Below, one piece after another: positions 1 through 8,823 of a DNA stretch of 41,739 nucleotides (positions are counted from its first letter, which is position 1; each line of letters opens with the position of its first letter). The notes under the pieces are model-generated. The model was given only the letters and a program-made list of their open reading frames with translations, did no database searches and had not been told where the DNA came from. The stretch spans positions 1-41,739 of the forward strand of contig CADBLZ010000113.1 in the NCBI GenBank assembly GCA_902795675.1, in the 5' to 3' direction. The position numbers and the translations under genes were made by a program. Source of the stretch: an uncultured Erysipelotrichaceae bacterium (lineage in GTDB: Bacteria > Bacillota_I > Bacilli_A > RF39 > UBA660).

Positions 1-95
1 TACCATATTCTCACTCCTTATTTAAGGCATCTTTCGATATTATTATATCATTGAACGAAAAAAATGATACAATGTAAATATAAAGGAGGTATAAA

Positions 96-386
96 ATGGA
101 TAGTAATATTTTAATAACTACCGGTGATATACATGAAGACTATGAAATAATTGATGCTGTATTCGCATTAGATTCATGTCAGCAAGGTTTCTTTACTGGT
201 GCTGATCCAAACAAGGCTTTTGACAAAGTAAAAGATGCGTTAAGAATAAAGGCTGCATCTTTAGGAGGACACGCTGTAATTAATTGTCAATTTGAATATA
301 GAGTTGCAACTACTTCAGGTGCTTTCGGAGGTTCAAAACAAGTAATTGAAATATTTGCATATGGTACTGCAGTTAGATTACATTAA
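96..386 (+). CDS. YbjQ/UPF0145-family small protein (putative heavy-metal-binding fold)
   Basis: 96-aa ORF preceded by AAAGGAGG. Its layout matches YbjQ-type proteins: ILITTGD...YEIID at the N-terminus and GTAVRL at the C-terminus. Confidence 0.7.
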   Translation: MDSNILITTGDIHEDYEIIDAVFALDSCQQGFFTGADPNKAFDKVKDALRIKAASLGGHAVINCQFEYRVATTSGAFGGSKQVIEIFAYGTAVRLH

Positions 387-519
387 TTAAATAGATGGTG
401 TATTTACTTTTGTCAAAATATTATGATGTATTTTATTTAGCAATTGAAAAACTTAATTCATAGATTTGTGCCCATTTTTTCGTAAACATGTTAAATAAAG
501 GCCCTATTTATGAAATTAA

Positions 520-543
520 AGAATCTGTTACAGATTCTTTTTT
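520..543 (+). terminator. Intrinsic terminator about 135 nt downstream of the YbjQ-like gene
   Basis: Stem AGAATCTG (520-527) / CAGATTCT (531-538), 3-nt loop, then TTTTT (539-543). Confidence 0.6.
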
Positions 544-683
544 CATTTGTATGATGATTTATATAGTTAAAAATCAGTTAATAAGTGATGCTATTTTCTA
601 GGTGAAAATTAGGTGAAAAATGGGTTTTTTTCTTGTAATAAAGGAGTAAAAAGTTTAAAATATACTTTAAGGGAGGAAAGAAC

Positions 684-1355
684 ATGAGTAATAAAGTTTA
701 TAAAGAAGAAATAAATGACGCAAGTGATTACGTTGATGATTTATCTTTAGAAGAAAAAGTAGAAATACTAGATAAGAGAGTTACTGCTACATTAATAGTT
801 TCAATTATTACATTATTAATTGCTGTAGTATTACTATTCGGTGTATTTAGTGGAACAAAATCTGATTCTAAGAATTCTGGTAGTAATGGTTCTTCTAAAA
901 CTCAAGAACAATCATATAGTACTGAGAAATTTAAAGTTATTAAAGGTACTGATATCGAAAAAGAATCTAAAGGTAAAACTATTATGATTTTCATCGGTAG
1001 ACAAAACTGTGGATACTGTGCAGCATTTGCTCCAGTTCTAGAAAAAGTTCAAGAAACTTACGGATTCACTGCTTATTATATTGATTTATATAGTATTTAT
1101 AATCAAAACTGGACTGAAACTAATGGACAAGATCAAATTCTTGATCAAGAATCATTAAATGCCATTACTTCATTAACAGGTACTGGTTATGCATTAGATG
1201 GTAAGTCTTCATTAGAAACTTTTGCTAGAGATAACTTTGGTGCTACACCTGAAATATTATTTGTTAAGAATAATAAATTAGTTGGTGGTATTCCAGGTTA
1301 TGTTGAAGAAGCAACTTTAAATGATTATCTTGAAAAAATGGGATTTAGTAAATAA
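684..1355 (+). CDS. Membrane-anchored thioredoxin-fold protein (CxxC)
   Basis: RBS GGGAGGAAAG. One N-terminal TM helix (ATLIVSIITLLIAVVLLFGVF), a Ser/Gly linker, then FIGRQNCGYCAAFAP with a CGYC redox motif. Confidence 0.7.
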   Translation: MSNKVYKEEINDASDYVDDLSLEEKVEILDKRVTATLIVSIITLLIAVVLLFGVFSGTKSDSKNSGSNGSSKTQEQSYSTEKFKVIKGTDIEKESKGKTIMIFIGRQNCGYCAAFAPVLEKVQETYGFTAYYIDLYSIYNQNWTETNGQDQILDQESLNAITSLTGTGYALDGKSSLETFARDNFGATPEILFVKNNKLVGGIPGYVEEATLNDYLEKMGFSK

Positions 1356-1402
1356 TACTAAATCCTTTTTTGTATGGTATTATATTACTGGTTGTGATAT
1401 AT

Positions 1403-3052
1403 ATGTATATTAAAAATTTAACATTTGCTTTTGGCTTACAAGATATATTTACTGATGTTAATATTCAAATTAAAGATAGTAGTCATACGGGTATTATTGG
1501 TGTTAATGGCGCTGGTAAATCAACTTTCTTTAATTTAATCCTTGGTAAGATTGAACCAGATGAAGGTAAGATTATTTTAAAACCTGGAACAAGAATTGGT
1601 TTTCTACCGCAAGTTATTGGTGATGAAATACCTAGTACAGATATTAGTGTGTTTGACTTTTTATTATCAGGAAGACCTATTAGAGATTTAGAACAAGAAC
1701 TAAGTACTATTTATGAAGAATTAAGTACTTGTACTGATGATAAGAAGACAAATCAATTATTAAGTAGAGTTAATAAAGTACAACAAAAGTTAGATTATTT
1801 TGATCAATACAATGCTGAAAGTGAATTACTTAGAATTATTGCTGGTATGAGTATTTCAGATGAGTTATTAGATTTAAAAGTTAATAATCTATCTGGTGGT
1901 CAAAAAAGTAAAGTAGCATTTGCAAGACTACTTTACTCTAAACCTGATATTTTATTATTAGATGAACCTACTAATCATTTGGATCAAGATAGTAAAGATT
2001 ATATTATTAATTATTTAAGAAATTATCATGGTATGGTTTTAGTTATTTCACATGATATAGATTTTTTAAATGATGTTACTGATAATACTTTATATGTAGA
2101 TAAGTTAAATCATTCTATGGAATTATATCCAGGTAATTATGAAAAGTATTTAAAGATTAGAAAAGAACGTGAGTTAGCTAAGGAAAGACTTTATAATAAA
2201 CAAGTTAAAGAAGAAGAAAAGTTAAAGAGAATTATTGCTAAGTATATTGGTGGTAATGAAAAGAAAGCTAATATCGCTAAGGATAGAATAAAGAAATTAG
2301 AAAAGTTAGAAGAAGTTAAAGTTACTTTAGATAAGAAAGATAAAACAAGTAATATTAAGATACACGTTAATCACCCTAGTGGTATTATTCCAATTAAGGT
2401 TGAGAATTTAAAATTTGGTTATACTGAAGATAAGTTATTATATGATAAGTTAACATTTGATTTAGAGCGTGGAGAAAAGTTTTTAATTATTGGAGAGAAT
2501 GGTATTGGTAAGTCTACTCTATTAAAACTTATTATGAATGAGTTAACACCTATTGATGGGAAGATATCTATTAATGATAAGTGTGAGATTGCTTATTATG
2601 CACAAGAGCATGAAGGTTTAAATAAGGATTTAACTATTATAGATAGTTTTAAAGAGTTTAATTTAAGTAAGAATCAATTAAGATCATTTTTAGGTAATTT
2701 TTTATTCCATGGTGATGATGTTTTTAAGAAGATTAGTTATTTATCTCCGGGAGAAAGAAGTCGTGTAGCATTGGCTAAAATTAGCCTTTCTGGAGCTAAT
2801 ACATTAATATTAGATGAACCTACTAACCATTTGGATCCCGAAACACAAAAGATTATTGCTGATACTTTTAAAGACTTTGAAGGAACAATGTTAGTTGTAT
2901 CTCATAATTTGGAGTTTGTTGATAATTTAGGTATTAGTAGAATGCTTTTATTACCTAGTGGTGAGATTAAATATTACGATAAAGAAGTTATTAAATATTA
3001 CGAAGAATTAAACAATGTTTCGAAATATAAAAAAAGAAATAAAAATGTGTGA
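1403..3052 (+). CDS. ABC-F family ATPase (two tandem ATP-binding cassettes, no membrane domain)
   Basis: Two Walker A motifs (GVNGAGKST, GENGIGKST), two signature motifs (LSGGQKSK, LSPGERSR), two Walker B motifs (LLLDEPTNHLD, LILDEPTNHLD), and a Lys/Glu-rich inter-cassette linker. I moved the start to the ATG at 1403 (MYIKNLTFAFG), which gives the usual ABC-F N-terminus. The track start at 1370 is a TTG with no RBS. Confidence 0.9.
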   Translation: MYIKNLTFAFGLQDIFTDVNIQIKDSSHTGIIGVNGAGKSTFFNLILGKIEPDEGKIILKPGTRIGFLPQVIGDEIPSTDISVFDFLLSGRPIRDLEQELSTIYEELSTCTDDKKTNQLLSRVNKVQQKLDYFDQYNAESELLRIIAGMSISDELLDLKVNNLSGGQKSKVAFARLLYSKPDILLLDEPTNHLDQDSKDYIINYLRNYHGMVLVISHDIDFLNDVTDNTLYVDKLNHSMELYPGNYEKYLKIRKERELAKERLYNKQVKEEEKLKRIIAKYIGGNEKKANIAKDRIKKLEKLEEVKVTLDKKDKTSNIKIHVNHPSGIIPIKVENLKFGYTEDKLLYDKLTFDLERGEKFLIIGENGIGKSTLLKLIMNELTPIDGKISINDKCEIAYYAQEHEGLNKDLTIIDSFKEFNLSKNQLRSFLGNFLFHGDDVFKKISYLSPGERSRVALAKISLSGANTLILDEPTNHLDPETQKIIADTFKDFEGTMLVVSHNLEFVDNLGISRMLLLPSGEIKYYDKEVIKYYEELNNVSKYKKRNKNV

Positions 3053-3102
3053 TATAATATATTGTAGAATAGTATAAATTATTTTAGAAACGGAGAGGTT
3101 AA

Positions 3103-3423
3103 ATGAAAGTATACAAAAGATTAGTAAGAGACAAAGTACCCGATATGATACTTAGGGATAATCAACTTCCAGTTACAAGAACTCTTAATGATAAGGAGTA
3201 TGAGGAAGAACTTAATAAAAAATTAGAGGAAGAAGTTAAAGATTATTTAGTAAATAAGAACTATATTGATATGATCGATATCGTCGAAGTTATTGATGCC
3301 ATCCTTGATTTTAAAGGCATTGATAAAGATGCATTCGAAAAAGAACGTATTAATAAAGCAAATAAAAAAGGTACATTTAAAGACAGAACTTATTTAGAAA
3401 AAATAATGGAACAAACTGATTAA
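3103..3423 (+). CDS. MazG-like / phosphoribosyl-ATP pyrophosphohydrolase-like NTP pyrophosphatase
   Basis: RBS GGAGAGG. The N-terminal YKRLVRDKVPDMI matches the KLVRDKIP signature of this small all-helical family. Also present are an acidic EEELNKKLEEEV helix and a C-terminal KKGTFKDR. Confidence 0.6.
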   Translation: MKVYKRLVRDKVPDMILRDNQLPVTRTLNDKEYEEELNKKLEEEVKDYLVNKNYIDMIDIVEVIDAILDFKGIDKDAFEKERINKANKKGTFKDRTYLEKIMEQTD

Positions 3424-3441
3424 TCTTGTGGTAAAGGTAGA

Positions 3442-4014
3442 GTGATTAGGATGTATACAAAGTTAGAAGAGGCACTACATTTTGTAATGAAATGTTATGA
3501 AGGCCAAAAAAGAAGAAATGATAATATTAACAGATCTTATCAACCAATTGTTGTAGCTAATATGATAAGAAATATTAATGACATTGAAGACGTTACTGTT
3601 GCTGCACTACTTCATAGAACTATTATGGATACTGAATATGGATATGAAGAAATTGAAGAAATGTTTGGAACTTTAGTTGCAGATATGGTAAGTGATTTAT
3701 CAGAAGATATGTCTATAGCTAAGTGGTTAGATCGTAAAAAAGATTTTATTAAACGTATGAAACAATGTAATGATATTGATGTTATCAATATTGTTGTGGC
3801 TGCTAAGTTAGCCGACCTTTTAGGAGATTACCAAGCTTTCTTAAAACGTGGAGACAAGATTTGGAAAGACGTTGGTGGAAGCAAAGAAGAAAATGCTTAT
3901 GTTTATCGTGAGATATACAGTTTAGCTAAGAGAAAAAGAGCTAATAGTAATCTACTTGAAAGATATAAAAATATGATTATTATTTATTTTGGAGAAATAG
4001 ACGAAGAGGATTAA
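3442..4014 (+). CDS. Mesh1/SpoT-hydrolase-type HD-domain protein with substituted catalytic residues
   Basis: Collinear with small alarmone hydrolases: GQKRR...SYQPIVVA (normally YxxHPxxVA), AALLHRTIMDT (normally AALLHDxxEDT), FGxxVADMV, AAKLADLL. The start is uncertain: GTG at 3442 or ATG at 3451. Confidence 0.7.
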   Translation: MIRMYTKLEEALHFVMKCYEGQKRRNDNINRSYQPIVVANMIRNINDIEDVTVAALLHRTIMDTEYGYEEIEEMFGTLVADMVSDLSEDMSIAKWLDRKKDFIKRMKQCNDIDVINIVVAAKLADLLGDYQAFLKRGDKIWKDVGGSKEENAYVYREIYSLAKRKRANSNLLERYKNMIIIYFGEIDEED

Positions 4015-4033
4015 TTTTTATTAATCTTTTTTT
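4009..4033 (+). terminator. Intrinsic terminator of the MazG-like/HD gene pair
   Basis: GATTAAT (4009-4015) / ATTAATC (4020-4026), loop TTTT, then T7 (4027-4033). It overlaps the stop codon. Confidence 0.55.
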
Positions 4034-4038
4034 GTGCA

Positions 4039-4067
4039 ATAAAAAACAGATACTATTTAGTATCTGT
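4039..4067 (-). terminator. Intrinsic terminator of the AAA+ gene
   Basis: ACAGATACT (4046-4054) / AGTATCTGT (4059-4067), followed on the minus strand by TTTTTT. Confidence 0.65.
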
Positions 4068-5027
4068 TAAATCAACATTCTCTTCTGCAATTAGATCTTT
4101 GAAATCTACTTTGAATTTTTCAATTGCTTTCTTTCTAGCATCTTCATATACGTTTCTAGCATTACATATAGCTTTATAAATATGTTTTGTTTTGCATTCA
4201 TGTTCGTTATCAAATAAAGCATATGTAAAAGCGTTAGAAAGAATTGTTAAACATATATCTGGATATCTAGATGATATTTCATATACTCTTTTATATTCAT
4301 CTGTCATATCAACAATGAATTTCATGAATCTTTCTTTTACGAAATCAGTGTAGTTAAGTTTTACACCTGTTTGTTTTTCAATCTTTGGTAATGTACCAAG
4401 AAGAACTTTAACACAAGTTTCTTGATCTACTTCTTTTACATCAATTTTTTGGAAACGTCTTAAGAAGGCTCTATCACGCATGAAGTATTGTTCATATTCT
4501 TCATCTGTAGTAGCACCAATCATTTTTATTTCACCACGGTCTAAACCAGCTTTAAACATGTTAGCGAAGTCGATTCCGCCTTCTGCTCCTTCTTTATTAA
4601 CTAGGACATGTGTTTCATCTAGAAAAACGATAGTTTTAGGACGATTTGCGAGTTCTTTTACAAGTAAGTCTACTCTGTTCTCTATTTGTCCATTTGCTTC
4701 TGTTTTGCCCAATAAAGAGGTTACATTAAGCTTATATATTTCATGATCTTTTAAAGCTTCTGGAACTAGTCCTTTTGTTATACGATAAGCTACACCTTCA
4801 ACGATAGCAGTTTTACCTGTACCAGCCTTACCAACTAGTAATGGACTTTTTTCTGGTGTAAGTAAAGTCATGATAACTTGTTTTATTTCTTCTGTACGTC
4901 CAATAGATGGATCAGTAATATATTCGTTAGCTGTTAAGTTTTTACCATAACGTTCTAGAATACTGAATGTATTACCTGTTGGATTTAATGTTTCAATTGG
5001 ATTTGTATCTTCTAATGTTTCAATCAT
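4053..5027 (-). CDS. Stand-alone ClpA/ClpB D1-like AAA+ ATPase (no N-domain, M-domain or D2)
   Basis: Near-collinear with Clp/Hsp100 D1: [27 protein letters not shown], Walker [22 protein letters not shown], Walker [30 protein letters not shown] moved the start to the ATG at 5027 (RBS GGTGAT). The upstream track extension overlaps the tRNA-Asn terminator. Confidence 0.75.
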   Translation of the reverse strand: MIETLEDTNPIETLNPTGNTFSILERYGKNLTANEYITDPSIGRTEEIKQVIMTLLTPEKSPLLVGKAGTGKTAIVEGVAYRITKGLVPEALKDHEIYKLNVTSLLGKTEANGQIENRVDLLVKELANRPKTIVFLDETHVLVNKEGAEGGIDFANMFKAGLDRGEIKMIGATTDEEYEQYFMRDRAFLRRFQKIDVKEVDQETCVKVLLGTLPKIEKQTGVKLNYTDFVKERFMKFIVDMTDEYKRVYEISSRYPDICLTILSNAFTYALFDNEHECKTKHIYKAICNARNVYEDARKKAIEKFKVDFKDLIAEENVDLTDTK

Positions 5028-5060
5028 TGTAATCACCGTCTTAATTATAACATAAATAAC

Positions 5061-5090
5061 AAAATAAAAAAGCAAGTATTAACTTGCTTT
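5061..5090 (-). terminator. Intrinsic terminator after tRNA-Asn
   Basis: AAAGCAAGT (5069-5077) / ACTTGCTTT (5082-5090), followed on the minus strand by TTTATTTT. Confidence 0.65.
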
Positions 5091-5101
5091 ATTTATCACA
5101 A

Positions 5102-5177
5102 TGGCGCCCGATGTAGGGCTCGAACCTACGACCTAACGGTTAACAGCCGTGCGCTCTACCAACTGAGCTAATCGGGC
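5102..5177 (-). tRNA. tRNA-Asn (anticodon GTT), CCA encoded
   Basis: The reverse complement reads GCCCGAT-TAGCTCAGTTGGTAGAGC-...CGG-CTGTTAA-CCG...-GTAGGTTCGAGCCCTAC-ATCGGGC-G-CCA. It has a 7-bp acceptor stem, canonical D and T loops, and anticodon loop CU-GUU-AA. Confidence 0.95.
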
Positions 5178-5188
5178 ATTGCTCTTTA

Positions 5189-5216
5189 ATTATAGCATTT
5201 TGAGGCACATTGTCAA
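5189..5216 (-). promoter_or_regulatory. Sigma-A-type promoter for tRNA-Asn
   Basis: Minus strand: TTGACA (5216-5211), 16 nt, TGcTATAAT (extended -10, hexamer 5194-5189). It lies about 12 nt upstream of the tRNA 5' end. Confidence 0.6.
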
Positions 5217-5249
5217 CATTTTTTAATTATTTTTTTATAAAAATATCAC

Positions 5250-6137
5250 TTATTGAACATCAGTATTATTTTCACCTTCAGATGGTGTAATTGTTACTGT
5301 AGTTTCAGGTGTTTGTTCTTCTTCAACAATTTGATTTTGTGATTCTATTTCACCTTCTGGAGCAGGTGCTGGTTGTTCTGTTTCGTAAGATGGATTTACT
5401 TGGATGCTTGGTTTTAAAACATTGTCTGTATGTTCAATTGTTATTTCTTGTTTTTCTTCTATTGGAATTGGAAGTGTGAAGTTATTATTCTCTTCTACTA
5501 CTTCTTTTTTATTTAATGTTTGAATAGTATTAATCTCTGGTTCTTTTTCTTCAAATACTTCGTATTTTTCTTCATAAGCTGCTGATTTTGGAGCATCAAA
5601 GATAACAAATGATTGATTTAACCCTAAGTATTTAACTAGATATTGCATTGGGAATCCACCAGCTTTTTCATTATAACGAAAAGCTAGAGCATTGTAATCT
5701 CTTCTAGCAATAGCTACACCATTAGTAGTTGAATTCATATCTTCTTCTGTAAATGTACCAATAGTTTGAAGTTTTTCAACTCCTGGATAGTATTCTAGTT
5801 TTAGATTCTTAGATAGTTTAAATTTATTCATTGCATTACTAGTTTTTACTTTTTGGTTAACATCACCTGTCATACCTTTGTCCATAGCTACTTGTAGTTT
5901 TGATAATTCTACTTTTATTTCTTCTACATTACTATATTTAGACATTATTTCGTCAGCTATTGCTTTAGCTTCATTAATCTTTTGAATTAAGTATGAATCA
6001 AGTGTTTTAGTAAATAGTTCTCTAATGTCATCTGTTTTACCTTTTAAGTCTCTATACTCTTTAAAGATATATAGACCTATAGCTAAAAAGATAAATAAAA
6101 ATATATTACTAAAGAACATATTCATTATTGTCCCCAT
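5250..6137 (-). CDS. LemA-family membrane protein with long acidic/Pro-rich C-terminal tail
   Basis: RBS AGGTGAG and an N-terminal TM helix. LEYYPGVEKLQ and IARRDYNALAFRYNEKAGGFPMQYLVKYLGL match the LemA E-YP-L and aRxxYN...FP motifs. Confidence 0.6.
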   Translation of the reverse strand: MGTIMNMFFSNIFLFIFLAIGLYIFKEYRDLKGKTDDIRELFTKTLDSYLIQKINEAKAIADEIMSKYSNVEEIKVELSKLQVAMDKGMTGDVNQKVKTSNAMNKFKLSKNLKLEYYPGVEKLQTIGTFTEEDMNSTTNGVAIARRDYNALAFRYNEKAGGFPMQYLVKYLGLNQSFVIFDAPKSAAYEEKYEVFEEKEPEINTIQTLNKKEVVEENNNFTLPIPIEEKQEITIEHTDNVLKPSIQVNPSYETEQPAPAPEGEIESQNQIVEEEQTPETTVTITPSEGENNTDVQ

Positions 6138-6193
6138 TTTATCTCACCTATTCTATATATGATTATATCATATTTATTAACAATTAATTAATA

Positions 6194-6219
6194 ATAAAAA
6201 AAGTAGGTGTCTACCTACT
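6194..6219 (-). terminator. Intrinsic terminator of the FIST-ALDH operon
   Basis: AGTAGGT (6202-6208) / ACCTACT (6213-6219), flanked by A and T runs. It lies 7 nt after the ALDH stop. Confidence 0.65.
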
Positions 6220-6225
6220 TTTTTA

Positions 6226-7665
6226 TTATTTTAAGATATTCTTTAGAATAACTGTTTTTGTTCTAGACATTTCTTTAAGTGTAGTCATTACACCTTCATT
6301 ACCTATACCACTATGATTCCATCCACCAAATGGCATTTCGAATGATCTGAAGAATGATGCACCATTAATAATAGCTCCACCACAATCTAATTGGTTAGCA
6401 ATTTTCATTGCATTAGAAGCATCTTTTGAGAAGATACATCCACATAAACCATAAGATGATTGGTTAGCTATCTTAATAGCTTCATTGATGTCATCAAAAC
6501 CAATTATTGGAATAACTGGACCAAAGATTTCCATATCTTTAGCAACTTCCATCTTTTTAGTTACGTTATCTAAGATTGTTATATCATAGAATGCACCATC
6601 TCTTTTACCACCATAGATGATTGTTGCACCTTCAGCTACTGTTTTATTAACTTGTTCTTCAACATTTTTAGCAGCTTGTTCAGATATTAAGCAACCAATT
6701 TCTACAGTTGGATCACTTGGCATTCCTCTTTTAATTTTAGATACACGTTTAATTAATTTATCAATAAATTCTTTCTTAACTGAGTTATGAATTAAGAAAC
6801 GTTTAGAAGCACAACATACTTGTCCAGTATTATATAATCTACCCCAAACAACTTCTTCAACAGCTAGATCAACGTCGCCATCTCTATCTAGAATGAAGGC
6901 ATCGTTTCCGCCTAATTCTAACATTGTATGAGTTAAGTTTTGAGCACAAGTACGCATTGTTTCCATACCACTCTTAGTAGCACCAGTAAGTGATACTAAG
7001 TTAACACCAGGATTAGCAGCTAATGCTTGAGCAGCAAATCCACCAGTACCATTAATTACGTTAATAGCACCTTCATCAACACCTGCTTCAATTAATAATT
7101 CAGCATATTTAGTTAGTGTTAATGGATTATGTGGTGATGGTTTCATAATTACAGCATTACCCATTAATAGAGCAGCTGGAATTTTTTGACAGAATAAATC
7201 TGAAGGGAAGTTGAAAGGAATGATTGCTTCAACTACACCTAACGGTTGTTGTTGAGTAAATTGAAGTGTATTTTCATTTCCTTTTTCTTGACCTGCAGGA
7301 ATTACATTACCATACATATGCTTAGCTTGTTCACAGAATGCTGGAATACCAATTGAAACGTTAGCGATTTCGCCATAAGCTTCAGTAATTGGTTTACCAG
7401 TTTCATCTGATAATAATTTAGCTAATTCATCTTTATGTTTTTCAACTAATGATACGAATTTCATTAGTATTGCAGCACGTTCATAAATAGGTTTTTTAAC
7501 CCATAATTTTTGACCTTTTCTTGCTGCAGCTACAGCAGCATCACAATCTTTTTGTGTACTTTCTGGAACTGTATCAATTACTTCTCTTGTTGCTGGATTA
7601 GTAATTGTTATTACAGCACCATCAGATGCGTCTAACCATTTATTTCCTATTAAATTCTTTGCCAT
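6226..7665 (-). CDS. NAD(P)+-dependent aldehyde dehydrogenase
   Basis: ALDH family signatures are present: FNFP, MLELGGND (catalytic Glu), NTGQVCCASKR (catalytic Cys), PFGGWNHSGIG. Start taken at the ATG at 7665 (MAKNLIGNKW) with RBS AGGTGA. Confidence 0.9.
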   Translation of the reverse strand: MAKNLIGNKWLDASDGAVITITNPATREVIDTVPESTQKDCDAAVAAARKGQKLWVKKPIYERAAILMKFVSLVEKHKDELAKLLSDETGKPITEAYGEIANVSIGIPAFCEQAKHMYGNVIPAGQEKGNENTLQFTQQQPLGVVEAIIPFNFPSDLFCQKIPAALLMGNAVIMKPSPHNPLTLTKYAELLIEAGVDEGAINVINGTGGFAAQALAANPGVNLVSLTGATKSGMETMRTCAQNLTHTMLELGGNDAFILDRDGDVDLAVEEVVWGRLYNTGQVCCASKRFLIHNSVKKEFIDKLIKRVSKIKRGMPSDPTVEIGCLISEQAAKNVEEQVNKTVAEGATIIYGGKRDGAFYDITILDNVTKKMEVAKDMEIFGPVIPIIGFDDINEAIKIANQSSYGLCGCIFSKDASNAMKIANQLDCGGAIINGASFFRSFEMPFGGWNHSGIGNEGVMTTLKEMSRTKTVILKNILK

Positions 7666-7674
7666 GATTGTCAC

Positions 7675-8823
7675 CTACTTTGAGAATCCTGTAAATGATA
7701 ATGATAAGCCTCCAATAGTAGCTCCTGAATGATTAGCTTGACCATATTCACCAAATGTGAAAGCAACAATGAATGGAATATCTCCACAAGTATTTTTAAT
7801 AGCAACAAAGTCTTCATCAATTCTGTTACCAATGTGAAGTTTTCTTCCACCACAGTGAACTAAGAATAATGCAGCTGGATCAAAACCTTCTTTTACAGCT
7901 TTGATTGTATCAACAGCACCATTAATTAAACCATCTACGTCATTATTTAATTGAATAATTGCAGTTTTTTCAGCTACTTTAGCACCAACATTGAATGAGT
8001 AATCTGGATTACCAATCATTGGGTGACGTACAGCAGTTAAATCACCTTGTAATGTTTTTACACCTAATGCATAAGGAATAGATGCAGCTAATAAGTTTTG
8101 ACCCATTAGTTCATCAGCATTTAAGCCATTCCATTCAGCATATTTTTTAAGAGCAGGAACACCATCAATTTCAACAATTTGACGATCTCCGTTCATTTTT
8201 GTTACGATACCAACTTTATCAGTTTCTTTATATGCACCTGTGAATACAGTTTTAATATCTCTTGTAGTATAGAATAATGCGATTGCACATCCATCTCCAA
8301 ATGATTTGTCTTCGCAGAAAACTTTCCATTCGCCTACTACAGCATCATCTGCTGCGCTTCCACCAAACATAGGAATTTCACCTAATACATCTTCAATACC
8401 TTTAACGTAGTATTCTTCTTCAGCAGGACTTGCAAACATTGCATAAGCTACTGGAGCAAATTTTTTACCAGCTTGAGCCATTGCTTCTTTAGCTAGTTTA
8501 CGACCTGTTTCACGAGGGTCATTACCTCTTTCAGATGCAGCTACACCTACTTGAAGTTCATTGTCTTCTAGAACCATCATACCAGCAAAACCATCTGGGC
8601 TTGAAATGATTCCTTCTGGTGTCATAATTGCACCACTTGATGTTACACCGATTACCTTAACATCTTTGTTAACAGATTTGATACCTTTAATTACTTCATT
8701 TTGGTCGTATTTAACTGAAGTAAATAAGAAACCAATCTTTGGATTTTTAATACCTTTTAAGGCATTATTAGCAGTTTCTACACCGGCTTGGAAACTGTCT
8801 TTTTGGATACTAGATCCTACCAT
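7675..8823 (-). CDS. FIST-domain (FIST_N + FIST_C) putative sensory protein
   Basis: PKIGFLFTSVKYD...VIGVTSSGAI is FIST_N-like and FTFGEYGQANH...GG is FIST_C-like. The start was moved to the ATG at 8823, which has a perfect AAAGGAGG RBS. The stop lies 9 nt before the ALDH start. Confidence 0.7.
   Translation of the reverse strand: MVGSSIQKDSFQAGVETANNALKGIKNPKIGFLFTSVKYDQNEVIKGIKSVNKDVKVIGVTSSGAIMTPEGIISSPDGFAGMMVLEDNELQVGVAASERGNDPRETGRKLAKEAMAQAGKKFAPVAYAMFASPAEEEYYVKGIEDVLGEIPMFGGSAADDAVVGEWKVFCEDKSFGDGCAIALFYTTRDIKTVFTGAYKETDKVGIVTKMNGDRQIVEIDGVPALKKYAEWNGLNADELMGQNLLAASIPYALGVKTLQGDLTAVRHPMIGNPDYSFNVGAKVAEKTAIIQLNNDVDGLINGAVDTIKAVKEGFDPAALFLVHCGGRKLHIGNRIDEDFVAIKNTCGDIPFIVAFTFGEYGQANHSGATIGGLSLSFTGFSK

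Noticed and set aside
1-6. A minus-strand ATG at 6-4 preceded by AAGGAGTG (19-12), suggesting a divergent gene that starts at the window edge.
   Set aside because: Only two codons lie inside the window, so nothing can be supported.
488-601. A 37-codon ORF (MLNKGPIYEIKESV...) in the spacer between the YbjQ-like and thioredoxin-like genes.
   Set aside because: It has no RBS, and it runs straight through the terminator hairpin at 520-543.
1370-1402. N-terminal extensions in the track that begin at TTG or GTG, or at upstream ATGs. Affected positions are 1370, 5075, 7674, 8862, 11057, 12456, 12529, 16045, 23904, 26896, 28867, 31057 and 36605.
   Set aside because: In each case a downstream ATG has a properly spaced Shine-Dalgarno sequence or restores the family's canonical N-terminus (for example MCGIAG of AsnB, MWKIG of DusB). 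Several of the extensions overlap terminators or RBS sequences. 28867 remains genuinely ambiguous.
4480-4746. Antisense or alternative-frame track ORFs of 60-116 aa lying inside longer genes. They are 4480-4746, 7671-7853, 8561-8836, 10476-10697, 11810-12091, 19717-19923, 20190-20378, 22270-22485, 22619-22828, 23156-23347, 30063-30398, 30603-30794, 32823-33005, 33846-34094, 34081-34287, 34846-35136, 36807-37010, 37470-37700, 38307-38549, 41154-41504 and 41260-41484.
   Set aside because: Each is fully embedded in a longer ORF with clear family motifs on the other strand or frame. Each has low-complexity Ser/Leu/Phe/Ile-rich composition, typical of shadow frames of AT-rich or GAA-rich coding sequence, and no RBS that I could see.
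6194-6219. Hairpins sharing AAAAAAGTAG...CTACTTTTTT at 6194-6219, 11602-11637, 12875-12907 and 39721-39751, which looked like a dispersed REP/MITE-type repeat.
   Set aside because: Only the A-run, the T-run and 4-5 stem nucleotides are shared, and the loops and inner stems differ. Each sits exactly at a gene end. They are ordinary (bidirectional) intrinsic terminators.
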